Shown here: positions 55,401 to 63,584 of the stretch, in pieces
How the letters are laid out: each line of letters opens with the position of its first letter
Numbering within the stretch: the first letter of the stretch is position 1
DNA from: an uncultured Haloferula sp.
GTDB taxonomy: Bacteria > Verrucomicrobiota > Verrucomicrobiia > Verrucomicrobiales > Akkermansiaceae
Direction: 5' to 3'
NCBI GenBank assembly: GCA_965652295.1
Contig: CBFGTS010000006.1
Coordinates: forward strand, 32,001 to 96,000
Length of the DNA stretch: 64,000 bases
The notes under the pieces: model-generated
Told to the model about the DNA's origin: nothing
Database searches by the model: none
Seen by the model: the letters and a program-made list of their open reading frames with translations, nothing else
Translations under genes and position numbers: made by a program

Positions 55401-55728
55401 CCGTCGGGATGAACGCCGTGACCACGGTCAAGGCCGTGGCCCCACCCAGAGGGTTGTCCGCTGGCGCGACCACGAAATGATCGCCGGCAGCAAAGTCCAC
55501 CGAGTTGTGCCCGTTGAACAAATCACTCTCCAGAAAAGGAAGGCCGCCCGCGATCGTGGCGGGAATGGCATCTCCCTCGGAAAGCCAGGTTTCACCTTCG
55601 ACATAGCTGTCGCCGATCCACCGGCCGACAAGATCGGCGCGGCTGGGTTGAGTCAATGCACAAGCAAGACACGTCGATACATACAAGAAATGTCGGCTAC
55701 TCCGACATTTCATGAGTGGGTTTCTCAT
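52456..55728 (-). CDS. Large secreted protein: LamG-like + three PA14-like domains + C-terminal beta domain
   Basis: Signal ...QPSRA|DLVGRW; QRIYVNG...GRIGEIRLY; YTFSVHSDDG, YTFTYAGDDG, YHLGFQGDDG; YTVEASVDLQTW...RVFFRV; start 55728 or 55713. Confidence 0.8.
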   Translation of the reverse strand: MRNPLMKCRSSRHFLYVSTCLACALTQPSRADLVGRWIGDSYVEGETWLSEGDAIPATIAGGLPFLESDLFNGHNSVDFAAGDHFVVAPADNPLGGATALTVVTAFIPTAAGASGANFWNSSGLVTMEQGGTVPDWALGWNGTRVNAGTGSPDRTIFSGDYPLNQLQVAVFTWNNAGEQRIYVNGVKVAEDLSASTAARNGAEIAFGRIPTEGHAGLTGRIGEIRLYNTDESANVTTITEELLTAYAEDPVLDSAKALSPNQIEFRLQSTPGFAIDTAGEFVIDLYPETAAFFTVDPGDITVTDDAGTVVVTVDVDLLPSNEYLYDLEVPRSGGGATAFLTGSFVSHRLPSVVDGEPGSVGTWGIREWLVPGTQNIADAIDVVNGTTVTVDPPVSGSAPVFNHADGDTNGANAVGNFNNEFPILTDVQGTGEDFVVVGKTQVSVPAPGTYTFSVHSDDGFAMRVSGAGGGRFISTGGDGNIDPVEPQTLFRDGGTGDSNSRGTYEFDAAGTYDIVYLGWDGGSGGFYEVAWAEGTFTEDKQTNTWELVGDPDDPSVPEFRPRFATEFPGPMGTDGAFGMRTYRQAQNGDVLVGNFPQAITFLTTTTRTPADGDGLTVDSQEPYLNHRDPEGGGNLGLVGGDLPFPGNTTAVEDNVVTVAKGRIQITSAGPYTFTYAGDDGFLLRFKGVDGLADPTAVSASGAVTFQMSNLNEIYNDGVGAFEGRGVMQLEVGSYDVEFVHQEGGGWFYYEIAAAPGIWLNATTPPGGFQLVGYQAPGTVLVPGIAEPGWTVESSLPSSGTFDFTIAGAEARIDATLAMDPQPANAISTWDFLDFRDPEDGPEGSFTPTNPWPLNTPAGDNDYAMRATGILDITQAGTYHLGFQGDDGGYMYIYGHNGTTDPTIDSIVFTALPAIAALTTAPGSTVNNAVRVETGTGNSRTLVSVDLEVGQYRIQTLVYEGGGGSFWEVIGASAADRTFNYPLLTKGSGTTVSTTSGIPLVEQGGVVPTDPDFRISAFALTGSPITNASFSFSSTSGETYTVEASVDLQTWIPVEPNIVAAGGTTAVDIDLTAFEEFDGQPRVFFRVILVE

Positions 55729-56009
55729 GGGTTTTTGGGTTGATTTTGGGTTGTAAATATCTCGCCCGGCTTCTCGCAAAAAGAAGGAGCCAGGCCAGAT
55801 AGATTTCAGCATCCGAGCTTGAATGACGCTTCCTCGTCAAGCCGGAACTTCCCGCCCCAAAAAAAGCAGAATCAGCTCCACCCCGGACCCGGCCTCCTCG
55901 ACCTCTCCACCATTTCATACAGGAAAGGTTTCCTTTGCGGCAACGGTTCCGTCATCATCCAGATGTCAACTCCGCCCGCTACAGTATCGTGGGTCGCTTG
56001 CTTGTTCGA

Positions 56010-56459
56010 ATGATGATCACCCGTCTTCTCGCCATGATCCTCGCGCCCGCGGCCGCTCTGTGGTCGCGGGTCCGGGAAACCGGAATCCTGCGGCGGGGAA
56101 AGCCCCTTCCCACGGAGGCGCTCGCCTTCGCCCGGATGCTTGGAATTGCCTCCCCGGAGACGATCCGGGTCGAGGTGGTCGACGAAGTCCCACTGCCTCT
56201 CCCGCGCTTCCTGGCGCGGGCGGCGCGCGCCGTCGGCCTTCCCGTAATGACAGCCGCCGGCATGTCTCTCGGCCGGGGCATCTGCGTGCGATCGCTCGAT
56301 CCCCGGCTTCTCCGGCATGAACTCGTGCACGCCCTTCAATACCAGCGCCTCGGCGGCCACCGGGCCTTCATGCGCCGGTACGTGGCGGAGTGTCTCTCCC
56401 ACGGCTACGACGCCGCGCCGCTGGAAATCGAGGCCCGTGAGAAGTCGGCGGCTCCATAG
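56010..56459 (+). CDS. Small HEXXH putative metallopeptidase-like protein (DUF4157-like)
   Basis: GMSLGRGI...LLRHELVHALQYQRLGG...YDAAPLEIEA. Confidence 0.7.
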   Translation: MMITRLLAMILAPAAALWSRVRETGILRRGKPLPTEALAFARMLGIASPETIRVEVVDEVPLPLPRFLARAARAVGLPVMTAAGMSLGRGICVRSLDPRLLRHELVHALQYQRLGGHRAFMRRYVAECLSHGYDAAPLEIEAREKSAAP

Positions 56460-56578
56460 AGAGCCCTCTTCATCCCGGCCGCGCAACCTTCCTCCGCCGC
56501 ACGGGTTGCATGTCCCAGAAGCGTGCGGCCGCCGTCTTCGGAATCACAAATATCGAAACGGACACAACTCTGACCACC

Positions 56579-57076
56579 ATGAAAACCATTCCATTCCTCA
56601 CCACCCTCACCCTCCTCACGGCGGGTACCGCCCTCTGCCAAGCGCAGGATACCCCACCCGACGGTCCCCGCGGAGGCGGAGAGCGCCGCGGCGTGCCACC
56701 CCAGGTCCTGGAACGCTTTGATACCGACGGTGACGGCAAACTCAGCCAGGACGAACGCAAGGCCATGCGCGAGGAGCGCCAGGCCCAGCGCAAGAAGATG
56801 ATGGAGAAATACGACACCGACGGTGACGGCAAGCTCAGCGAGGACGAGCGCAAGGCATTTCGTGAAGACATGCAGAAACGTCACAATGAACTCCTTGAGA
56901 AATACGATGCCGACAAGGACGGCCGCCTGAGCCCGGAAGAGCGCAAGGCCGCCGCGGATGCCGGTGAAGAACTGCCGATGTTCCGCCGTGGACCACGCGG
57001 TGGCGATCGCCCCGGTCCCCGGCCGGATCGCGAAGGCCCGCCACCCGCTCCGGAAGACGAAGCCGGCGACGAATAA
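56579..57076 (+). CDS. Secreted EF-hand protein (three EF loops)
   Basis: Signal peptide; DTDGDGKLSQDE, DTDGDGKLSEDE, DADKDGRLSPEE. Confidence 0.88.
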   Translation: MKTIPFLTTLTLLTAGTALCQAQDTPPDGPRGGGERRGVPPQVLERFDTDGDGKLSQDERKAMREERQAQRKKMMEKYDTDGDGKLSEDERKAFREDMQKRHNELLEKYDADKDGRLSPEERKAAADAGEELPMFRRGPRGGDRPGPRPDREGPPPAPEDEAGDE

Positions 57077-57103
57077 GGCGCCCCTTCATCACCCGATTTC
57101 CCC

Positions 57104-57137
57104 ACGGCCCGGTTTTACCACCGGGCCGTTTCGCGTT
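57104..57137 (+). terminator. Hairpin terminator between convergent genes
   Basis: acggcccggt-tttacc-accgggccgt followed by ttcgcgtt. Confidence 0.65.
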
Positions 57138-58799
57138 TCACTCCCACTCCTGCTCTACCGCCCGCAGTTGCAGGTGGAGCCGGTTCCACACCTCGGTGCG
57201 CGGCGCGAGCTTCGACTGCCGGTCCGCCAACCGGCGCCGCACGCCGATCAGGCCGCGGCCATAAATCTCAAAAACCTCGCGGATGGCCTCCGCATGGCAC
57301 TCCTTCAAGGGCCCGGAAAAGCGCCCGCTGGCATCCCCGAAATGATCCCTCAAACGGGCAACCAATCGACGCCGGGAAAGCCAGGCAGCCGCCACCCACA
57401 CCAGTCCAAGAGCCGCCGTCAGTGCCCCCGTCACCTTCACCGCCTGCTCGATCCCCAAAGTCCCGGCCACGCCCATCGCGATCACCAGGCAAAGCCAAAG
57501 GGCGAACCAGCCCTTCAGCTTCCGAGCCCGATCGCGGATCGGCCCGTCGAGGGTCGCCCGGATCCGCAGCGAGGAGAGCACCCCCGGCAGCGCACGGCTC
57601 ACATGGGCGGCAAATCTCTCCTCCAGGGTCTCACGGAACTCCAGCACCGTACTCTTCTCGCCGGGCTCCAGATTCATCCGCTCCACCACCCGGGGCCTCA
57701 CCTCGGACCAGTGCCCCTCGCACTCGGAGGTGATCCGTTCGAAATCCCGTTTCGCAAATGCCTCGACGTGCGTCTTCAACCGCTCGGCAAAGCCCGTCTC
57801 CAAGGTCGCGCCCACCGAATCGCCGAACAGCAGCGCCCGCACCGTCCGCAGCACGCCGAGCCGCTGCTGGACGCGTCCCATCAGACGCAGAATCTCACCC
57901 TCGTAAACCGCCCGCTCGCCCGCCAGCACCTTGTCGGAATGCTGGATCAGCAAGTCGCAGAGTTCCCGCGATTCCCGCTCGAGATTCGTCAGGAACCAAT
58001 TGTCGTCGGCCATTCGCCGGCCTTGGCCATCCAGCCCGGCCTCGATTTCACGCAGCCGTCGCAGTGTCTCGTGGAACGCCCGCTCCATCAGGTGACGTCG
58101 ACCGGCAGAGCGGCAGAAGCGCGCTTCGAAATGATCCTCCAAGGCCTCCAGTGCCGGGGCACCCGATGCGGGACGCGCTGCCACGGCCACGATCGGCAAC
58201 TCGCGACCCACTCTCTTCAAACAAAGCTCCCTCATGTGCCCCCGGATCACCCGCAGGTCTTCGGTGCTTTTCTGGTCCGACCGCTGGACGATCAGCGACG
58301 TCCGTTCCAGCGCGTCATCGCTGAGATGGCTCACGAATTCCCAGCTCGCCGCCGTCCACGTGTTTTCCGCGGGGAAAACCACCAGCAGCAGGTCCGCGTG
58401 CTCAAACGCTTCCAGGCTGGCGAAAACCTCGTCGCGCGAGGGGCCGTTGATCCCCGGCGTATCGACCCACTCCAGCTCGGCCAGGGCTTCGGCGGACGAG
58501 TGCTCCACCGCCCAACCGGCACCGGCCGCATCCTTCACGCCGGTATAAAGCGTCGTCTCCTTCGTCGTCGGCAGGCGCCCGGAGGGGGCGATCGCCTCGC
58601 CTACCACGGCGTTGATCAACGCGGATTTCCCCGCGTTCACTTCGCCGACCACCACCACCCGCCGAGGCCGCAGCAATTCAGCCAGGGCCTCACCCGTCAC
58701 AGGACGCGGTTCCAGCCTCACGTCCGCTGCCAGACCTTCGATCCGGCGGCAGCATTCTAACAAACGATCCCGCGTCCGGTGGAAACGCTCACCCCACAT
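57138..58799 (-). CDS. Dynamin-like/Era-like GTPase with C-terminal TM hairpin
   Basis: G1 GEVNAGKS, G2 LPTT, G3 DTPG, G4-like QRSD; helical stalk; two hydrophobic helices followed by a coiled coil. Confidence 0.75.
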   Translation of the reverse strand: MWGERFHRTRDRLLECCRRIEGLAADVRLEPRPVTGEALAELLRPRRVVVVGEVNAGKSALINAVVGEAIAPSGRLPTTKETTLYTGVKDAAGAGWAVEHSSAEALAELEWVDTPGINGPSRDEVFASLEAFEHADLLLVVFPAENTWTAASWEFVSHLSDDALERTSLIVQRSDQKSTEDLRVIRGHMRELCLKRVGRELPIVAVAARPASGAPALEALEDHFEARFCRSAGRRHLMERAFHETLRRLREIEAGLDGQGRRMADDNWFLTNLERESRELCDLLIQHSDKVLAGERAVYEGEILRLMGRVQQRLGVLRTVRALLFGDSVGATLETGFAERLKTHVEAFAKRDFERITSECEGHWSEVRPRVVERMNLEPGEKSTVLEFRETLEERFAAHVSRALPGVLSSLRIRATLDGPIRDRARKLKGWFALWLCLVIAMGVAGTLGIEQAVKVTGALTAALGLVWVAAAWLSRRRLVARLRDHFGDASGRFSGPLKECHAEAIREVFEIYGRGLIGVRRRLADRQSKLAPRTEVWNRLHLQLRAVEQEWE

Positions 58800-58825
58800 G
58801 GCGGCGGACGCGTGGAGGGTTCCGA

Positions 58826-59683
58826 TTACTGGGCTTCCGCGTTGGCGGCCTGCGAGGGAGCCTCGGAAGGCTTCATCGCCAGCAGCTGCGACACGGTCAC
58901 GAACTTGTATCCCTTGCGCAGCAGCCCGTCCAAAGTGGCGGGCATGGCATCCACCGTCGGCGCGTGCAAATCGTGCGCCAGGATGATCGCGCCCGGCGTG
59001 GTGCCGCTGATGATGCGCGAGGTGACCACCGAAGGCCCCGGACGCTGCCAGTCACGCGGATCGACCGACCACATGATGGTGGGGTAGTTGAACTCCGAGC
59101 GGATCCACTCGCGTTGCGTTTGCAAAAGCGCGCCATACGGCGGCCGGAGCGTCCGCGGCTGCACCCCGGTGGCCCGGACAATCGCCTCACGCGTCTTTAC
59201 CAGCTCCGAGCGCACAGCGTCGTTGCTGAGCTTCGTCATGTTGCGGTGCGTGTAGGTGTGGTTGCCGATCTCGTGACCTTCGGCGACGATCCGACGGGTG
59301 ATCGCCGGGTAGAGGTCCACGTTGCGGCCGATCACATAAAACGTTGCCTTGATGTTGCGGTCGCGCAGCATGTCGAGCAGCCGCGGCGTATTCTGCGGGT
59401 GCGGGCCGTCGTCGTAGGTCATCGCGATATACGGCTGCGTGGTGGAGACGCGGGAAAAGGTCACCCCCTCGCGACCGAAACGGGACGGCAGGTTGATGTC
59501 CGGATTCTTCGGCACCGGGCCCGACGTCCGCGGCGTCGAGTAGGCGCGGTTCGACGGGCTTTTCACCGGAGCGGCGGCCTCGGATTGGGCGGCTTCGTTC
59601 CCGGCGGTTTTGTCCGCGTTCGAGCAGCTTCCCAGCGTGGTGCCGAGAAGCCAGCAAGCGAGGAGACGGGAGGCGAACTTCAT
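58826..59683 (-). CDS. Polysaccharide deacetylase (CE4/NodB), lipoprotein
   Basis: Lipobox LGSC; TYDDGP, HEIGNHTYTH, RPPYG, WSVDPRDW, IILAHD. Confidence 0.92.
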   Translation of the reverse strand: MKFASRLLACWLLGTTLGSCSNADKTAGNEAAQSEAAAPVKSPSNRAYSTPRTSGPVPKNPDINLPSRFGREGVTFSRVSTTQPYIAMTYDDGPHPQNTPRLLDMLRDRNIKATFYVIGRNVDLYPAITRRIVAEGHEIGNHTYTHRNMTKLSNDAVRSELVKTREAIVRATGVQPRTLRPPYGALLQTQREWIRSEFNYPTIMWSVDPRDWQRPGPSVVTSRIISGTTPGAIILAHDLHAPTVDAMPATLDGLLRKGYKFVTVSQLLAMKPSEAPSQAANAEAQ

Positions 59684-59772
59684 GAGGAAAGACAGGTTGG
59701 TGCGAGGCATCAGAGTAGGCGGATCATGCCCTTTGCCGGGCATATGTCACGCATCCATTTCCCGGGAACCCT

Positions 59773-60633
59773 TCAAATCCAGCGCCCTAGAAGCGGCCTC
59801 AGCATCTCGACCCGCTCCGCTGGCCACAGCTCGCGCGGAGTCATGATCGCCCCCTCCAGCGCCCGGTGCTCCGGCCAATCCGCCTCCGCCGGAATCTCGG
59901 GAATCGCCGCGGCCAAGACCCGCTTCGCCAGGGAAACGTTGGCCTTGAGGTGCGACATCACCGCCTCGGCCGTGACCGGCACCTCCTCGACCTTCCAGCA
60001 ATCGTAGTCGGTGATCATCGCCAGCGTCGCCAGGGCGATCTCCGCCTCCCGCGCCAGCTTGGCCTCCGGCAGATTGGTCATCCCGATGACGTCGAAGCCC
60101 AGCTTCCGGTTCGCCTCGCTCTCCGCCCGCGTGGAAAACGCCGGCCCGTCCATGTTCACATAGGTGCCGCCATCGTGGACCACCGCTCCGTTCGCCGCCG
60201 CGGCATTCCGCAGAATTCCGCGCAGTCCCCCGCTCACCGGCTCCCCGAACGATACGTGCCCGGCGATCCCGCCACCGAAAAAGGTATGGTGCTCCCGCTG
60301 GCTCGTCCGATCGAAATACTGGTCCGGCAGGACCACGTGGCGTGGCTCGTATTCCTCCCGCAGACTCCCCACCGCCGTCACGCAGATCAAAAACCGCACG
60401 TCCAGCGAACGCAACGCCCAGATATTGGCGCGGTGGTTGATCTCGTGCGGCAGGATGCGATGGCCGCGCCCGTGTCGCGGCAGGAACCACACTTGGCGAC
60501 CCGCCAAGGTCCCGCCCACCAAAGTATCCGAAGGCTCCCCAAAAGGCGTCTCGATCCGTCGTTCCTCCGATTTCTCGAAACCCTCGATTTCGTAAAGCCC
60601 GCTTCCTCCAATGATCCCGATCGCCGCTGACAT
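59773..60633 (-). CDS. mtnP: S-methyl-5'-thioadenosine phosphorylase
   Basis: IGIIGGSG, TPFGEPSD, RHGRGH, GPAFSTRAES, IGMTNLPE, TDYDCW; ATG 60633. Confidence 0.93.
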   Translation of the reverse strand: MSAAIGIIGGSGLYEIEGFEKSEERRIETPFGEPSDTLVGGTLAGRQVWFLPRHGRGHRILPHEINHRANIWALRSLDVRFLICVTAVGSLREEYEPRHVVLPDQYFDRTSQREHHTFFGGGIAGHVSFGEPVSGGLRGILRNAAAANGAVVHDGGTYVNMDGPAFSTRAESEANRKLGFDVIGMTNLPEAKLAREAEIALATLAMITDYDCWKVEEVPVTAEAVMSHLKANVSLAKRVLAAAIPEIPAEADWPEHRALEGAIMTPRELWPAERVEMLRPLLGRWI

Positions 60634-60800
60634 GCCTGCCCCTCTCACAGCAGCAGCCCGTCCATCAATCACGAAAGCTCGCGAGGCCTCCCAGGGCGAT
60701 GAAGCCAGGGAGGATGATGGGCACCCGCCCTTCCGATTTCCCGCAGATGAACGCGGGTGCAGGCATCCAAGTCCCAAGTTACCTTTTTCCATCACAAGAG

Positions 60801-60868
60801 ACGGAGATATACGGAGATCACGGAGAAAGGCAGAGATCTCCCGGCTCTGCGGCCTCCGTACCTCCGTG
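60801..60868. repeat. Inverted array of ~9-bp units (ACGGAGA / CTCCGT)
   Basis: acggagatat acggagatc acggaga ... ctctgcggc ctccgtac ctccgtg. Confidence 0.75.
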
Positions 60869-61092
60869 CCCGGAAGAATGCCTGTCCCACCGGAAACCTC
60901 CTCGAAGCCTTCGGACGACGACCGGTGAATGCAGCTCAAATCAGCGACCCTTTTCCAACCACCATCCCCCCGCCACTTTTTCCTTTTTCCTCGTCACTCC
61001 CCACTCCTGCCAGGCGCCCGCCCAATCCTTTTCCGGGCTTGATCGTCCTTTCAACCAATCCTCCCCTCGGCAACGCTTCGTTGGAGATCACC

Positions 61093-62835
61093 GTGTCCGA
61101 GCCATCCCGCGAAATCCCCGGCCGCCTGCAGGCCGTCCTTTTCCATGCCAAAACCCGCGCCTTCCAGCTCCGGCGGGTCGTGGCGGACTCGGGCCGCCGC
61201 CCGCTCCGGCATTGCCGCGGCGAGCTCCTGCGCGATGCCCCAGTGGTCGCGGAAGTCCGCACCCTGCTCTGGAACAAGCTCTCACCCGAGGAATTCCCGC
61301 TCACCGCCGGAAAAATCCACAATCTCCGCCTCGCCGCCCGCGCCCTCGACGGAATCGAAATCCCCGCCGGAGAAGTCTTCAGCTTTTGGCGGCAGCTCGG
61401 CCGCACCACCCGCCGACGCGGTTTCACCGCCGGCCGCGAACTGCGCGAAGGCTGCCTGGTGCCCTCCGTCGGCGGAGGGCTCTGCCAACTCACCGGCCCA
61501 CTTTATCAGGTCGCGCTTATCGCTGGCTTCACCATCGTCGAGCGCCATGCCCATTCGAGGGTGATCGCCGGTTCGTCGGCCGAGGCCGGACTCGATGCCA
61601 CGGTGTTCTGGAACTACGTCGATCTCCGCTTCCGCTCCGACCACCTGTGGCGGCTGGAAGTCACTCTGGATGCCAGCGATTTGATCGTCCGCATCCGCAG
61701 CCTCGTCCCGGGCGAAACCCTGCCACCGCGAACCCCGCGACCGACGAACCCGCCCCGGCCGGCCGCGCAGGGCGATTGCCTTACCTGCGGCCAGACCGCC
61801 TGCTTCCGCCATCCCGCCGCCACCTCCGCCCATGCGCCGGCGCTGGGGCACTCGACCTATCTGCTCGATGCCTGGTGGCCCGAGTTCGACCGCTGGTGTG
61901 TGGAACACGCCCGTCCTGGGGATCGGTGGCTGACACCGCTCGACGGCTATCGCTGGAAAAAACCCAACTACGGCTGGTCGCTCACCTCTCATCACGAAGT
62001 CGGCCACGCCACGCTCACCACCCTGCTCCGGGCGTGGACCCAACGGCGACTTCCGGCCCAAGGTTCCCTCCGCCAGCAGGCTTTGCTCCGCGATGACCAA
62101 CGCCTCGCCGCCGCCCTCGCCCGCAGGATTTCTCCGGAATGCCGCCACCTCGTGGTCTCCCAAAACCTGCTGCCGCATCTCTGGCGGCTCGGGGTGCTCG
62201 GCGGGCGCACCTTCGATGTCCTGATGCTCCGCTGGCCCCTTGCGGAACTCCACCGGCAGCTCGATGAGGCCGCCGCCGCCCAGCCGGACTCGCCGACCCT
62301 CCCGGACTTCCGCGCGCCAGCCGATCTCGTCCGCGACGAGTCCGCCGCCCTCGATCGCGCCGCCCGCCTGATCACTCCGCACACCGCCCTCGCCGCCTGG
62401 GCCGGCGGGCGCGCCTGGGAGATCCCTTGGGAAATCCCGAACACCTCCGTCGTCCCGGCCGCCCCGAGATCCCGCGGCTTGAAACTTTTCCTCCCCTGCT
62501 CGCCGCTCGGCCGCAAAGGCATCCACGAACTCGCCGCGGCGCTCCGCGGACTCGATGCCGAACTCATCGTCCTCGGCAGTGCCCGCGAAGGCGGCCGCGA
62601 TCCGCTCGCCGGTCTGCGCTGGCGCTCCGGCACCGCCGCCGATCTCGCCGACTGCCACGCCCTCCTCCTCCCGGCCTGGATCGAGCACCAACCCCGCCTC
62701 GCCCTCCGCGCCCTCGCGATGGGGCTTCCGGTCATCGCCACCCGCGGCTGCGGCCTGCCCGATCATCCGCAGCTCATCGCCCTCTCCAAGCCCGACCCCG
62801 CCGCCATCACCCAAGCGCTGGCCCAGCTGCCATGA
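61093..62835 (+). CDS. VanW-domain protein fused to a glycosyltransferase (GT-B)-like C-terminal region
   Basis: NLRLAARALDG..PAGEVFSFW...GGGLCQL...ERHAHS...DATV..YVDLRF; CLTCGQTAC; GRKGIHEL...LPAWIEHQPRLALRALAMGLPVIAT; GTG start 61093 inferred. Confidence 0.8.
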   Translation: MSEPSREIPGRLQAVLFHAKTRAFQLRRVVADSGRRPLRHCRGELLRDAPVVAEVRTLLWNKLSPEEFPLTAGKIHNLRLAARALDGIEIPAGEVFSFWRQLGRTTRRRGFTAGRELREGCLVPSVGGGLCQLTGPLYQVALIAGFTIVERHAHSRVIAGSSAEAGLDATVFWNYVDLRFRSDHLWRLEVTLDASDLIVRIRSLVPGETLPPRTPRPTNPPRPAAQGDCLTCGQTACFRHPAATSAHAPALGHSTYLLDAWWPEFDRWCVEHARPGDRWLTPLDGYRWKKPNYGWSLTSHHEVGHATLTTLLRAWTQRRLPAQGSLRQQALLRDDQRLAAALARRISPECRHLVVSQNLLPHLWRLGVLGGRTFDVLMLRWPLAELHRQLDEAAAAQPDSPTLPDFRAPADLVRDESAALDRAARLITPHTALAAWAGGRAWEIPWEIPNTSVVPAAPRSRGLKLFLPCSPLGRKGIHELAAALRGLDAELIVLGSAREGGRDPLAGLRWRSGTAADLADCHALLLPAWIEHQPRLALRALAMGLPVIATRGCGLPDHPQLIALSKPDPAAITQALAQLP

Positions 62836-63584
62836 AACTTCTCCCCAGCCTCATGCTGCCGTTTCTCCTCCTGCCCGCCTGCCGGAAATCGGACGCATCT
62901 CCTGACTCCCGCATGCCAGACGCCCCCTCCCCCACCGCTCCAGGACCCGATCGCGCCCGCGCCGCCGCCGGGCGGGTGACGCCCGGATTGACCCGCGATC
63001 TCGCCGCCCGCGGCCTGCGCTTCGGCGATCCGGTGTTCCTCCGCGCCTTCAAGGAGGAACAGAAACTCGAAGTCTGGATCCGCGAACCCGGCCGGGAAAC
63101 CTTCGCCCATTTCCGCACCTACCCCATCGCCGCCGCGTCCGGCACCCCCGGCCCCAAGCTCGCCGAGGGCGACCGCCAGGTCCCCGAGGGCTTCTATTTC
63201 GTCGGTTCCTGCGCCATGAAGCCCGATTCCGATTTCCACCTCGCCTTCAACATCGGCTACCCCAACGCCTACGACCGCCACCACGGCCGTACCGGCAGCG
63301 CCATCATGGTCCACGGCAACCGCGTCTCCATCGGCTGCCTGGCGATGACCGATGAGAAAATCGAGGAAATTTACACCCTCTGCGCCGCCGCCCTGGAAGA
63401 GGGGCAGCCCTTTTTCCGCATCCACATTTTTCCCTTCCGCATGACCCCCGCCCGCATGGACCGCGCCGCGGAAAGCCCGTGGAGCGATTTCTGGCGCAAT
63501 CTCAAGGAAGGCTACGACGCCTTCGAGGAGCACAGCGTCCCGCCCGAGGTCACCGTTTCCGAAGGACGCTACCGGGTCAAATAA
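62832..63584 (+). CDS. YkuD/L,D-transpeptidase-family lipoprotein, YafK(DpaA)-like
   Basis: Lipobox LPAC; FKEEQKLEVW, GPKLAEGDRQVPEGFY, FNIGYPNAYD, IMVHGNRVSIGC, FPFRMT, FWRNLKEGY; ATGA overlap. Confidence 0.9.
   Translation: MKLLPSLMLPFLLLPACRKSDASPDSRMPDAPSPTAPGPDRARAAAGRVTPGLTRDLAARGLRFGDPVFLRAFKEEQKLEVWIREPGRETFAHFRTYPIAAASGTPGPKLAEGDRQVPEGFYFVGSCAMKPDSDFHLAFNIGYPNAYDRHHGRTGSAIMVHGNRVSIGCLAMTDEKIEEIYTLCAAALEEGQPFFRIHIFPFRMTPARMDRAAESPWSDFWRNLKEGYDAFEEHSVPPEVTVSEGRYRVK

Noticed and set aside
53407..55743. 778-aa plus-strand ORF
   Set aside because: Antisense to the PA14 protein; no recognisable domain
56720..56860. ~45-bp direct repeat as a possible CRISPR or mobile repeat
   Set aside because: It is the coding duplication of EF-hand loops
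60757..61092. N-terminal extension of the VanW ORF
   Set aside because: Runs through repeat relics and pyrimidine-rich intergenic-like DNA; GTG 61093 is more plausible
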